Origin: Salibacteraceae bacterium
Lineage (GTDB): Bacteria > Bacteroidota > Bacteroidia > Flavobacteriales_G > Salibacteraceae
Direction: 5' to 3'
Assembly: GCA_048267965.1 (NCBI GenBank)
Contig: JBLWWK010000015.1
Coordinates: forward strand, 4,661 to 68,660
Length of the DNA stretch: 64,000 nt
The translations under genes were made by a program, and so were the position numbers. Below the pieces are notes generated by a model, which saw nothing but the letters and a program-made list of their open reading frames with translations, did no database searches and was not told the DNA's origin. Of the stretch, positions 17,791 through 27,434 are shown piece by piece. Within the stretch, counting starts at the first letter, position 1. The number at the start of each line of letters is the position of its first letter.

Positions 17791-19752
17791 CTATTTTTTG
17801 GTTCCTAATGCTTGTATATTCTTTAGAATGAACCCTATATCTCGCCACCATTGGTAGGTTCTAGCGTAATTAATGTTGGCAATTTCAGTATTGTTCGAAT
17901 CTTTATTTTGAGAATTTACAGAATTTCCAACTTTTAAAACTGCTGGTTTTATTTTTGGTAAAATATGCTTTTGACTTTCTAATGGTAAAAAGCCTACCCA
18001 CGTTTTACGTCCTACGGCTACCTGAAACAGATTACCTAAAAACTGAATTTTTTCTCGTTGAAATAGAATTAAAATAGGTGAAAAGATGAAAAAGAATAGA
18101 GTAGATAATAAATCTACCGTTCTCTTTGCTCGTTTGTTGTGAGGCGATACAATAGCATTAAGATTATCGATGCTGTAGAGAGAACCAGGAGTATGAATGG
18201 AGCTGCTACCAATAATAAATTCGGTATCTCTTGGCGCAATTTTATACTCCAAATTGGGGTCTTCTAAGTAAGACATCTCGTTAATAATTTGAAAGCTAGA
18301 TGTGCTTTCTCCGCAGAAAATCACCTCGTTGAGCTTAAAGGTTTGTACCACTTCTTTTAATTGACCAATGGTGGCAATAAAGTGATTGGTTTTGTTTTGA
18401 AATTGATTGGTAGGAGCCACTTCAATCATTACCTCAGGCTGCTGAAGAGTTGAGGTGATTAGATGTTTTACACGCGCTAATTCGCTGAATTCTCCCACAA
18501 CGGCCATCCTTTTGGCTGAGCCTGTTTTCCAATGAAATTCTTTTAAACCAACGAGCGTAAGTAATAAGCGAACAATGCTCAACGATAAAATGGGCAAAAC
18601 GGATCCTACCGTGATAATAGCTCTGCTAAAACGCATGTTTTCTGGTAAAAGCGCGTAAGAAACTAGTACAAAAAGGGACGAAAAAGCAATGCCTTTCCAC
18701 AATTTTTTCCATTTAAAAGGTGTGTCGTAACCGCCCGCGTAGAGAATGGTAATGAGGTAAATAACGCCAATACTGATAAACGATGGCCACACCAAATTCT
18801 CTGGATGCTGAATACCAGTTCGCCAACTGTAAAATTGCTGAAGCGCCCAAAAGCTGCCAATTATTGAAGCAAAATCAATGGTAGGAACCCAAATTCTCTC
18901 TGCAAATCGTTTCAGAATGGCGAGTGAAGCTCTAAAATAAATAGCTAAACGAATCAGTATTTCGAATAAACCCGCTTTCGATTTAGAAAAGTGTTTTTGC
19001 GCAAAAATGATCATGGCGTTGTAAAACACAAATACGTAGTTGATGCTACTTTTCTTGGTGCTTTCGCCTTTGTAATGAATTATAGAGGTATCTGAAAAAT
19101 AGTAGTTGTTATAACCGCCTAATTTTATTCTCCACGATAAATCGATGTCTTCTCCGTACATGAAAAAATCTTCATCGAGTAAACCCACTTTATCGAGTGC
19201 TGTTTTACGCATAAGCATATAGGCACCAGCTAGAATGTCGATAGAATGGTTTTCGTGTTCGCTCAGATAAGAAAGGTGATATTGGCCAAAACGCTTTGAT
19301 TTTGGGAAGAAGCTACTTAAACCAAATATTTTATAAAATGCTACTTCTGGCGTTGGTAAACCTCTTTTCGATTCGGGAAGAAAATTGCCTTTTCCATCAA
19401 TCATTCTTACTCCCAAACCGCCTGCATCTGGGTGTTGATCCATAAATTGAAGGCACTTCTCAAAAGTATCTTCCACTACAACCGTATCTGGATTTAAGAG
19501 TAGAATGTATTCGCCTTTTGCAACGCGCATAGCTTGGTTGTTGGCCTTAGAAAAGCCAACGTTGTCTTTGTTTTCGATCAGTTTTACCCACGGAAACTTC
19601 TGCCGAACCATATCGCAACTGCCGTCTCCAGAACGGTTATCTACTACGTATACTTCAGCGTCTATATTTTCAATAGCTCGTTGCACCGAGAGCAAACACT
19701 GCTCTAAAAAGTAGCGCACATTATAATTGACAATTACTACTGTTAATTTCAC
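17791..19752 (-). CDS. GT2 glycosyltransferase fused to a multi-pass membrane / sugar-transferase-like C-terminal region
   Basis: The N-terminus reads VVIVNYNVRYFL...VVDNRSGDGS...LLNPDT. The middle has several TM helices. The C-terminal region KRTVDLLSTLFFFIFSPILILF resembles the bacterial sugar transferase N-region. Confidence 0.7.
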   Translation of the reverse strand: MKLTVVIVNYNVRYFLEQCLLSVQRAIENIDAEVYVVDNRSGDGSCDMVRQKFPWVKLIENKDNVGFSKANNQAMRVAKGEYILLLNPDTVVVEDTFEKCLQFMDQHPDAGGLGVRMIDGKGNFLPESKRGLPTPEVAFYKIFGLSSFFPKSKRFGQYHLSYLSEHENHSIDILAGAYMLMRKTALDKVGLLDEDFFMYGEDIDLSWRIKLGGYNNYYFSDTSIIHYKGESTKKSSINYVFVFYNAMIIFAQKHFSKSKAGLFEILIRLAIYFRASLAILKRFAERIWVPTIDFASIIGSFWALQQFYSWRTGIQHPENLVWPSFISIGVIYLITILYAGGYDTPFKWKKLWKGIAFSSLFVLVSYALLPENMRFSRAIITVGSVLPILSLSIVRLLLTLVGLKEFHWKTGSAKRMAVVGEFSELARVKHLITSTLQQPEVMIEVAPTNQFQNKTNHFIATIGQLKEVVQTFKLNEVIFCGESTSSFQIINEMSYLEDPNLEYKIAPRDTEFIIGSSSIHTPGSLYSIDNLNAIVSPHNKRAKRTVDLLSTLFFFIFSPILILFQREKIQFLGNLFQVAVGRKTWVGFLPLESQKHILPKIKPAVLKVGNSVNSQNKDSNNTEIANINYARTYQWWRDIGFILKNIQALGTKK

Positions 19753-19754
19753 AC

Positions 19755-20372
19755 TTATTGAGATAGAGTAGACGAGTATGGAGTACGGTTCAAAATAGAG
19801 CGACCTAATGTAATTTCATCGGTGTATTCTAGTACATCGCCAACGGCAACACCTCTGGCAATGGTAGAAATATCTACCCCTAAAGGAGATAGTTTTTTAT
19901 ATAAAAAGAAGTTAGTAGTATCCCCTTCCATAGTGGTGCTTAAGGCCAGAATTACTTCTTTAATGCCTGATTCTTTAGTACGTTGTAATAGACTATCGAT
20001 GGTAAGGTCGTTAGGTCCAACTCCATCCATAGGCGAAATATGTCCGCCTAAAACGTGATAAAGTCCGTTAAATTGCCCGGTGTTTTCGAGGGCAATAATG
20101 TCTCGTAAATCTTCTACCACGCAGAGAGTAGATTGGTCTCTTTTGGGGTTCCTACAGATACCACAAATAGAAGCATCGCTAACATTATGGCATTTCTCGC
20201 AAAACTGGATCTCAGAGCGCATGGTAGTAAAAGCGTTGGCAAACTGCTGCACTTCTTCTTCAGATTGATTAAGCAGGTGAAGGGTAAGGCGCAGAGCGGT
20301 TTTTCTGCCAATGCCGGGCAACGAAGCAAATTGCTCTACAGCCTGAGACAATAGTTTAGAAGGTAAATCCAT
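19755..20372 (-). CDS. recR: recombination protein RecR
   Basis: Helix-hairpin-helix [12 protein letters not shown], zinc finger [16 protein letters not shown], and a Toprim domain. Confidence 0.95.
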   Translation of the reverse strand: MDLPSKLLSQAVEQFASLPGIGRKTALRLTLHLLNQSEEEVQQFANAFTTMRSEIQFCEKCHNVSDASICGICRNPKRDQSTLCVVEDLRDIIALENTGQFNGLYHVLGGHISPMDGVGPNDLTIDSLLQRTKESGIKEVILALSTTMEGDTTNFFLYKKLSPLGVDISTIARGVAVGDVLEYTDEITLGRSILNRTPYSSTLSQ

Positions 20373-20436
20373 GGGCCAAAAGTAAACTGTTGCAGGGGTA
20401 GAATCAACTGTTGTGAAATTTGATTTTATTTGCGGT

Positions 20437-21900
20437 ATGTCGCCAACATTGATTTTATCTCTTATTGCCGCCTACTTTGTTCTCTTAATCGTAATTGCAA
20501 AATTCACGGCTACGAGCAATGATAATAAGGCTTTCTTTTTAGGTAACCGACAGTCTCCGTGGTATGTGGTAGCCTTCGGAATGATTGGGACCTCACTCAG
20601 CGGAGTCACTTTTATCTCGGTGCCCGGCTGGGTAGAATCTTCTCAGTTTTCTTATATGCAGATGGTTTTAGGCTATTTGGTAGGTTATTTTGTGATTGCC
20701 ACCGTGCTAATGCCTTTGTACTATCGCTTACAACTAACCAGTATTTATAGCTATTTTCAAGAAAGATTTGGCAATGTTTCTTACAAAACCGCAGCCGCTT
20801 GTTTCTTGATTTCTAGGCTGGTAGGAGCCGCTTTTCGACTGTTTTTAGTAGCCGTTGTATTGAATTATGCCGTTTTTGACCAATTAGGGATAGAGGTTCC
20901 GTTTTTTGTTACCGTTCTGGTTACCATTGGTTTAATTTGGTTGTATACTTCGAAAGGGGGAATCAAAACCATTATCTGGACAGATACTTTACAAACTGCT
21001 TTTATGCTCTTGGCGGTAGGAACCACTATCTATATTATCGCAACTCATTTTGGTTGGGGAGTTTTCGATTTAATTGAAGAAATTCAAGAGTCGAAATACA
21101 GTCAAATCTTCTTTTTTGATGATTTTAAAGACAGTCGATTCTTTTTCAAAAATTTTATTGGAGGGGCGTTTATTGCCATTGTGATGACGGGTATGGACCA
21201 AGATATGATGCAAAAAAATCTCAGTTGCAAATCGATTGGCGAAGCCCAGAAAAACATGTTTTGGTTCAGCATTGTATTGGTATTTGTAAATCTTTTATTC
21301 TTGGCTTTAGGTGCTTTATTATATATGTATTCGGAACATCAAGGAATGGCGCTCCCTGAAAAAGCCGATGAGCTGTACCCAATGATTGCCCTCAACGGAG
21401 GTTTGGGAATAGTAGTAGGCGTATTCTTCTTGCTGGGGTTAATAGCTGCAGCTTATTCTTCTGCAGATTCTGCTCTTACCGCTTTAACTACCAGTTTTTG
21501 TGTGGATTTTCTTGACATTGAAAAGCGCTCAAAAGAAATTCAATTGAAATGGAGAAAGTGGGTGCATGTTTCAATCTCTTTGGTGTTAGCAGTAATCATC
21601 ATGATTTTTAGCACTATCAACGAAGAAAGCGTAATAAGCGAATTATTTAAAGCAGCAGGTTATACGTATGGTCCATTGCTAGGCTTGTTTTCTTTTGGTT
21701 TGTTAACCCAACGCACAATTAAAGACAAGTATGCTTTGCTTATTGCAATTGTTGCTCCTCTATTAACTTATGTAATCGCATCGAATGCTCATACTTGGTT
21801 AGGCGGTTATCAAATGGGTTTCGAGTTGATTTTGGTAAATGGCCTTCTGATGTTTTTAGGATTATTCATTATTTCAAATCAAAACAAAACATCAAATTAG
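20437..21900 (+). CDS. sodium:solute symporter (SSF) family transporter
   Basis: About 13 TM helices with the typical SSF N-terminal region ([32 protein letters not shown]). The start is uncertain, either GTG 20413 or ATG 20437. Confidence 0.85.
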   Translation: MSPTLILSLIAAYFVLLIVIAKFTATSNDNKAFFLGNRQSPWYVVAFGMIGTSLSGVTFISVPGWVESSQFSYMQMVLGYLVGYFVIATVLMPLYYRLQLTSIYSYFQERFGNVSYKTAAACFLISRLVGAAFRLFLVAVVLNYAVFDQLGIEVPFFVTVLVTIGLIWLYTSKGGIKTIIWTDTLQTAFMLLAVGTTIYIIATHFGWGVFDLIEEIQESKYSQIFFFDDFKDSRFFFKNFIGGAFIAIVMTGMDQDMMQKNLSCKSIGEAQKNMFWFSIVLVFVNLLFLALGALLYMYSEHQGMALPEKADELYPMIALNGGLGIVVGVFFLLGLIAAAYSSADSALTALTTSFCVDFLDIEKRSKEIQLKWRKWVHVSISLVLAVIIMIFSTINEESVISELFKAAGYTYGPLLGLFSFGLLTQRTIKDKYALLIAIVAPLLTYVIASNAHTWLGGYQMGFELILVNGLLMFLGLFIISNQNKTSN

Positions 21901-22012
21901 GAAAAAATCAAAGTTCTTGTAGGTTCTTACAGTAATTTTTCGATATTTAAGGTCATGTTCTCAGTCGTAGAATGTAACCACTCCACATTGTTAAATTTCG
22001 AAAAATCGTTGT

Positions 22013-22783
22013 ATGAAGAAAAATTACTTTGTTTTCTCTGCTGTAGTTACAGCATTGGTTTGTGGAATTGCATCAATAGCATCTAGTAACGGACCAAGTC
22101 AAGCATTAACCAATTCACCTATCGGGAACGAAACGTGTAATCGTTGCCATTCTGGAACCGTTAACGCAGGGCCAGGATCTATTCAATTATCGGGGTTACC
22201 TACTGATTATGTTCCTGGTACTACATATAGTTTAACTCTATCTATAACTGGAGAATCTTCTACAAAGCTGGGTTTTCAAACTGTAGCGCTCAACTCAGCA
22301 AATGCGAATGGTGGTTCCTTCAATAATCTTTCAAGTAATGTAGGAACCTTTACTGCTTCGGGAGCAACATTTATAGAACATACGAGTCCGTCTGCAACTG
22401 GAACGTGGACCTTCGACTGGACGGCACCAACAGCAGGAACGGGTGATGTTTCTATTTACACAGCTATTAATGCCACCAATAATAACGGAAACACTTCCGG
22501 AGACCGAGTTTACAATCAACTGTTTTCGGTTTCAGAAGCGGGAGCTGCATCCGTAGCAAATACTAACGAGAAGGCGATTCGATTATTCCCGAACCCGGCC
22601 ACAGATTGGGTGCTATTAGAAAATGTAAAGCCGAACAGTTGGGTAAGCGTATATAATCTACAAGGTCAACAGGTATTTGAAAACCGCACCAATGCAGATC
22701 AAAAAATTGAATTATCGAGTTGGCCAAAAGGAACCTATTTCATGGTGGTAGAGCAAGAAGTGTATAAATTTGTGAAAAGATAG
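22013..22783 (+). CDS. secreted protein with CxxCH motif, Reeler-like beta-sandwich and T9SS type-A C-terminal sorting domain
   Basis: Signal peptide. ETCNRCHSG is followed by a GFQTVALN...WTFDWTAPTAGTGDVSIYTAINATN layout. The C-terminus reads IRLFPNPATDWV...KGTYFMVV. Confidence 0.6.
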   Translation: MKKNYFVFSAVVTALVCGIASIASSNGPSQALTNSPIGNETCNRCHSGTVNAGPGSIQLSGLPTDYVPGTTYSLTLSITGESSTKLGFQTVALNSANANGGSFNNLSSNVGTFTASGATFIEHTSPSATGTWTFDWTAPTAGTGDVSIYTAINATNNNGNTSGDRVYNQLFSVSEAGAASVANTNEKAIRLFPNPATDWVLLENVKPNSWVSVYNLQGQQVFENRTNADQKIELSSWPKGTYFMVVEQEVYKFVKR

Positions 22784-22922
22784 TTTATAAATAGGTCTAT
22801 TTTGTAGACAGTGTTTCAAATTGGGACGGTTTTTAATGGAATGATATTTATTAACTGTCTGAAAATAAGTAAAATGTAATTCGGGACTGATGCTTGTTTT
22901 AATACTGGCATAATTGAAAATC

Positions 22923-24875
22923 ATGAATCATAACATCACATCAAAAGCACTTTTAGTGCTAGCTCTTTCAGGCCTAGCGTTAACGTCTTGTAAAAAAGAC
23001 GATGACTCTACAACTAAGAAAACACCAACTGTAGTTTCTAACGATTTTAACTACGAAACTGCAATCAAGGCGGGTATTTACTTTGACGTTCCTGAGCATT
23101 TACAAAATGCAACTTTCGAATTGTATACAGCCGATCCGGAAAACGGAGGGGAATTGTTAACGCAAGGGAAGTTTAATACTACAGGTACTTACGAATCTTC
23201 GTATTTGGTTCCTACCAGTATTAGCGAAGTTTACTTTAAGTCTACTTATGTTGGTTTGCCTGGTGGTTTTACCATTCCGGTAGAAAATGGTGTGATTGCT
23301 TACAATTTTGATCAAACACGTGAGTTCAGATCTCAGAGAAGTAAAGGAACTACTCCGTCTGCTCAAGCAATCAATAACGTGGTTTACAATTTCATGGGAT
23401 CTTACAATTACCTAGGAGTTCCTGATTATTTACTGAACCCAGGAGATAATTTAGATCAGTCGTTTATCGATATGGTAAACGCATCTTTACCAGAAAACAA
23501 CCCTGTTCCAACGTCTAATCCACAGTATTTAGCAGGAAGCAATGAAACAAACTTAGTGCTAACTGATAGTGCTGATGTTTGGGTAACTTTTGTTGCTGAA
23601 GGAGCCGGTTACAAAAACGTTTTAGCTTATTACACATACGATGTAAACAACGCGCCAACCAATCCAAGTGATATCGATAGCATTCACTTTATTTTTCCAA
23701 ATGCTTCTTTCGCTGGTTCAGGTGGAGGACTTTACGCTGGAGATAAAGTTTACTTAGGTGCTTTTGGTGCACAAACAGGTATTGGATGGGTGCTTCTACA
23801 AAACGCATGGAACTCAAGCAACAATACAGTTAACTTAAATGCAACTCATTTATACTCAACTACAGAATGGAATCCTGAAAATGATCCTTCTTTAAAACAG
23901 CATAACGTTGCCTTGTACGATCAAGCAAGAGAATTAGTATTGATTGGTTTCGAAGATCAAATTAGAACGAGCAGTGACCAAGATTTTAACGACTGTGTTT
24001 TCTATGCAACTTCAAACCCAATTGAAGCGATTAATACAGGTCAATTACCTCCAATCAACCAAGGTGGAAACGATGGCGATGGCGATGGTATTCCTGATTC
24101 ACAAGATGATTATCCGAACGATGGAAGTAGAGCTTTTAACAACTACATTCCGTTCAATAACGCTTACAGTTCAAATGCATTCGAAGATTTATGGCCATCA
24201 CAAGGTGACTATGACTTCAACGATATGATTGTAAACTACAACTTTAACCACATTACTAATGGCTTAAATGAGTTGGTAGAGTTAGAGTGGAAAATTGTAG
24301 TTCGCCACATTGGAGCTTCTTTCCACAATGGTTTTGGAATTGAGTTACCGTTTCCAGCAAGTCAAGTGTCTAGTGTAACCGGACATCAGTTTACAGATAA
24401 CTTAGTAACATTAAGTGCAAACGGAACAGAAGCCAACCAAACAAATGCAGTAATTATGGTATTTGACGATGCAATGGATGTGTTTGAAGATACAATTACC
24501 ATGAACATTCAATTGGCAAATCCATACAGCTTCAGTGCTTTTAACCAAGCTGGTTGGAACCCGTTCATCTTTGTAAATGGTGTTCGTTCACACGAGGTAC
24601 ACTTACCAAATTATGCACCTACCGATTTAATGAACATGGCATTATTCGGAACCATTGCAGATGATAGTGACCCTGCTACAGGTCGTTACTACAAAAACAC
24701 AGAAAATAAGCCTTGGGCCATCAATGTATCTTACGATTACCAAGCGCCTGTTGAGAAAGTTAGAATTGAAAATGCATATGTACATTTTAACGACTGGGTA
24801 AATAGCAACGGAACATTGTTCTTAGATTGGTATGTAGATCAACCAGGCTTTAGAAATGTATCGAATATTCAGTAG
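22923..24875 (+). CDS. LruC-domain (DUF4842) lipoprotein with thrombospondin type-3-like Ca-binding repeat
   Basis: Lipobox LALTSC, DGDGDGIPDSQDDYPND, and DQDFNDCVF plus GDYDFNDMIVNYNF, which I recall as LruC-domain signatures. The ATG at 22923 is preferred over TTG 22914. Confidence 0.65.
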   Translation: MNHNITSKALLVLALSGLALTSCKKDDDSTTKKTPTVVSNDFNYETAIKAGIYFDVPEHLQNATFELYTADPENGGELLTQGKFNTTGTYESSYLVPTSISEVYFKSTYVGLPGGFTIPVENGVIAYNFDQTREFRSQRSKGTTPSAQAINNVVYNFMGSYNYLGVPDYLLNPGDNLDQSFIDMVNASLPENNPVPTSNPQYLAGSNETNLVLTDSADVWVTFVAEGAGYKNVLAYYTYDVNNAPTNPSDIDSIHFIFPNASFAGSGGGLYAGDKVYLGAFGAQTGIGWVLLQNAWNSSNNTVNLNATHLYSTTEWNPENDPSLKQHNVALYDQARELVLIGFEDQIRTSSDQDFNDCVFYATSNPIEAINTGQLPPINQGGNDGDGDGIPDSQDDYPNDGSRAFNNYIPFNNAYSSNAFEDLWPSQGDYDFNDMIVNYNFNHITNGLNELVELEWKIVVRHIGASFHNGFGIELPFPASQVSSVTGHQFTDNLVTLSANGTEANQTNAVIMVFDDAMDVFEDTITMNIQLANPYSFSAFNQAGWNPFIFVNGVRSHEVHLPNYAPTDLMNMALFGTIADDSDPATGRYYKNTENKPWAINVSYDYQAPVEKVRIENAYVHFNDWVNSNGTLFLDWYVDQPGFRNVSNIQ

Positions 24876-24909
24876 ATTAGGGTTAGAGATAGTTAGATGA
24901 TGATTGAGA

Positions 24910-24937
24910 AAGGGATGCGAAAGCATCCCTTTTTTTG
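24910..24937 (+). terminator. Rho-independent terminator of the LruC-like gene
   Basis: AAGGGATGC-GAAA-GCATCCCTT followed by TTTTTTG. Confidence 0.85.
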
Positions 24938-24953
24938 TTTTGTACAATTGTTT

Positions 24954-24964
24954 TCGGTAGAACC
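24954..24964 (+). repeat. degenerate intergenic motif copy (TCGGTAG-AACC, one G missing)
   Basis: It has the same T-rich 5' flank as the exact copies. Confidence 0.5.
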
Positions 24965-25220
24965 ACACAATCCATTTTATGGAAAATTCAAATTGCCATT
25001 ATCTACCAAGATTTGAGCAATAAATCAGTGAAAAACACCACAAGAAGATGTAGAATGTAGCCGTGCATTGCCAACTGATTCCTGCACATTTTACCTTATT
25101 TTTCTTTCCAAATAGACGCTAAAGATGAAGAAAGGCTACATTCATCTGGGTGAACAAAACTTCAGAATTTTTGGATAGCAATTGCTTGTAAAGATGAGTT
25201 GTGTTTAGTTTGATTCTCTA

Positions 25221-25232
25221 TCGGTAGGAACC
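25221..25232 (+). repeat. intergenic copy of the 12-mer TCGGTAGGAACC
   Basis: Exact 12-mer between the convergent LruC-like and NfeD genes. Confidence 0.9.
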
Positions 25233-25267
25233 AACGTTCGCTTTAATAAAGTTGAAATAAAAATGAA

Positions 25268-26602
25268 TTATTTCTTCCTAACGATTAACTGAGCGGTTTG
25301 ATATTTTACCACTTCAACTTCAGTATTGGCTTCTAAATAACCATCTAGTGCTGTGGCATCGTAATATTCTCCCTCCACCGAAACTGTGCCACCGGGGCGC
25401 ATTACTGTGATGGTAGTTCCTATTTTGCCCACCAGCTGATGTTCATTGGGATCGGTTCCTACAAAGCCTTGCTCTTTCGATTGAACTGCATTAAGTGCAA
25501 AACGACTAAAAAAGCTCGATTTTAATAATTGAACTCCCAAGATAATACTGCCGCCTAAGCCCACGATGGTGGCCACCAAAACGGTAAGTAGCGCTTCTAA
25601 CGCCTTTTCAGAATCAACAAACTCGAAGTCGAAACCCACGTTGCCAATCATGCTCAGGGTTAATCCTGCAACTATCAATACAATTCCAGAAATTCCGGCC
25701 ACTCCAAATCCTGGAATTACAAAAATTTCGACTGCAACGAGCACAATTCCAATGAAGAAGATGATTAACTCCCATTGCTCTGCTAAACCTTCGAGGTAGT
25801 AGGGAGCAAAGAAAACAACAGCTGCAATGGCGCTTGCCAAAATGGGAAAACCTAAGCCCGGTGATTGCAACTCAAAGTAAATTCCGCCCACAATAACCAA
25901 GATTAAAACCCCGCTAATGGCAGGATTAATAAGCCAACCAATAATGTTGTCGATGGTAGAAGGCTGGTACTTTTTGAGCGTATAATTTTTTATTCCGGCT
26001 AGTTCGATAGCTTCAGGAATGGTTTTGGCAACGCCTTCACAAAATCCATTTTTCACAGCATCTTGCGTGGTGAAGGTGAGTACTTTTCCAGAGTCTGAAA
26101 CATTGGGCACGTACTTATCTGGATCGACCATAGCTTCGGCCATATCTGCGTTTCGGTTGGTTTCTTCGGCTGTTGCGCGCATTTTTTGGCGCATATAACT
26201 TTGGTATTTATCGGGCACAGGTTGGCCAGATTGATCTACCACAGTGGCGGCTCCGATGGTAGAACCCGGCATCATGTAAATGCTATCGCAAGCAATAGAA
26301 ATTAATGCGCCAGCTGAAGCCGCGTTGTTATTGATAAGAACAAAAACAGGTATAGGTGACCGTAGGAACCGAGTACGAATACTATCAGCAATATCTACAC
26401 GACCACCATAGGTGTCTAAATCGACAAAAAGAATATCGGCCCCGTAAGTTTGGGCTTCGTCCATAGCTTCTTGAACGGTTCTAAGGGCTGGTGGAGCAAT
26501 TTCAGCCTTAAGATCGAATTGATAGATTTTAATGGTATCTGATTGTGCCCAAATGGAACATACAAATAGTTGAAAGAAGAAAAACAAGAGAGCCTTTTTC
26601 AT
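25268..26602 (-). CDS. NfeD-family membrane-bound serine protease (ClpP-class)
   Basis: ClpP-like N-domain (LDTYGGRVD...NNNAASAGALIS), 5-6 TM helices and a C-terminal NfeD OB-fold. The ATG at 26602 gives the signal peptide MKKALLFFFFQLF. Confidence 0.8.
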   Translation of the reverse strand: MKKALLFFFFQLFVCSIWAQSDTIKIYQFDLKAEIAPPALRTVQEAMDEAQTYGADILFVDLDTYGGRVDIADSIRTRFLRSPIPVFVLINNNAASAGALISIACDSIYMMPGSTIGAATVVDQSGQPVPDKYQSYMRQKMRATAEETNRNADMAEAMVDPDKYVPNVSDSGKVLTFTTQDAVKNGFCEGVAKTIPEAIELAGIKNYTLKKYQPSTIDNIIGWLINPAISGVLILVIVGGIYFELQSPGLGFPILASAIAAVVFFAPYYLEGLAEQWELIIFFIGIVLVAVEIFVIPGFGVAGISGIVLIVAGLTLSMIGNVGFDFEFVDSEKALEALLTVLVATIVGLGGSIILGVQLLKSSFFSRFALNAVQSKEQGFVGTDPNEHQLVGKIGTTITVMRPGGTVSVEGEYYDATALDGYLEANTEVEVVKYQTAQLIVRKK

Positions 26603-26639
26603 ACAGCGAGCAAATAACAAATAACTACACAAATGCGTT

Positions 26640-27434
26640 TTAGAAATACTGTTGAATTCTAGATTCAATAGCTGGATGAACGTTTTTGTTCGAAGCAATT
26701 ATTTCTTTTCCTGAAAGGTAATTAAAACCATTTTTAAAATCAGAAACTTGTCCGCCAGCTTCTTGAACCAGTAAAATACCAGCGGCAACATCCCACGGGT
26801 TTAAGCTGTATTCATAAAAAGCTTCGAAACGGCCACAAGCCACATAAGCTAAGTCTACTGCTGCACTTCCCAGCCTGCGCAAACCACGAGATTCTTTGAG
26901 AAGTAGTTTAAAAACTTCTAGGTATTCGTTAAGTTGAGAATAGTCGTTATACGGAAAACCTGTTGCTAGCAACGATTGATTTAACGCTGTTTCTTTTGAA
27001 ACAGCGATTCGATTACCGTTTAAATAAGCACCGTTTCCTTTGCTGGCATAAAAACACTCTTTTTGAGCAATTTCATAGACCACGCCAATTAATAATTGAT
27101 TGTGTTCATCGGCAAGAGCAATGCTTACTGAGTAGCAAGGTAAGCCGTGAATAAAGTTCGTGGTTCCGTCAATGGGGTCGATAATCCAGTTGTAGCCTTC
27201 TTGGTTTTTAGTTCCGGTTCCTTCTTCAGCAATAAAACCTGCTTCTGGTAACAATTGAGAAAGCTCGTTAACTAATAATTTTTCAGAAGCTTTATCTACA
27301 CTTGTTACAAAATCGTGTTCGCCCTTGGCTTCAATATTTTGAGCAGTTAGCAGTTTGCGTTCTTCAGTAATAAAATTTCCAGCTTTTTCAGCAATTCTAC
27401 ACACCTCTTGGGTAAGAGAAGAAAGGTTAAGCAT
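26640..27434 (-). CDS. inositol monophosphatase family protein (SuhB-like)
   Basis: Motifs FIAEEG, WIIDPIDGTTNF and WDVAAG. The ATG at 27434 is preferred over the ORF-track start 27467. Confidence 0.85.
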   Translation of the reverse strand: MLNLSSLTQEVCRIAEKAGNFITEERKLLTAQNIEAKGEHDFVTSVDKASEKLLVNELSQLLPEAGFIAEEGTGTKNQEGYNWIIDPIDGTTNFIHGLPCYSVSIALADEHNQLLIGVVYEIAQKECFYASKGNGAYLNGNRIAVSKETALNQSLLATGFPYNDYSQLNEYLEVFKLLLKESRGLRRLGSAAVDLAYVACGRFEAFYEYSLNPWDVAAGILLVQEAGGQVSDFKNGFNYLSGKEIIASNKNVHPAIESRIQQYF

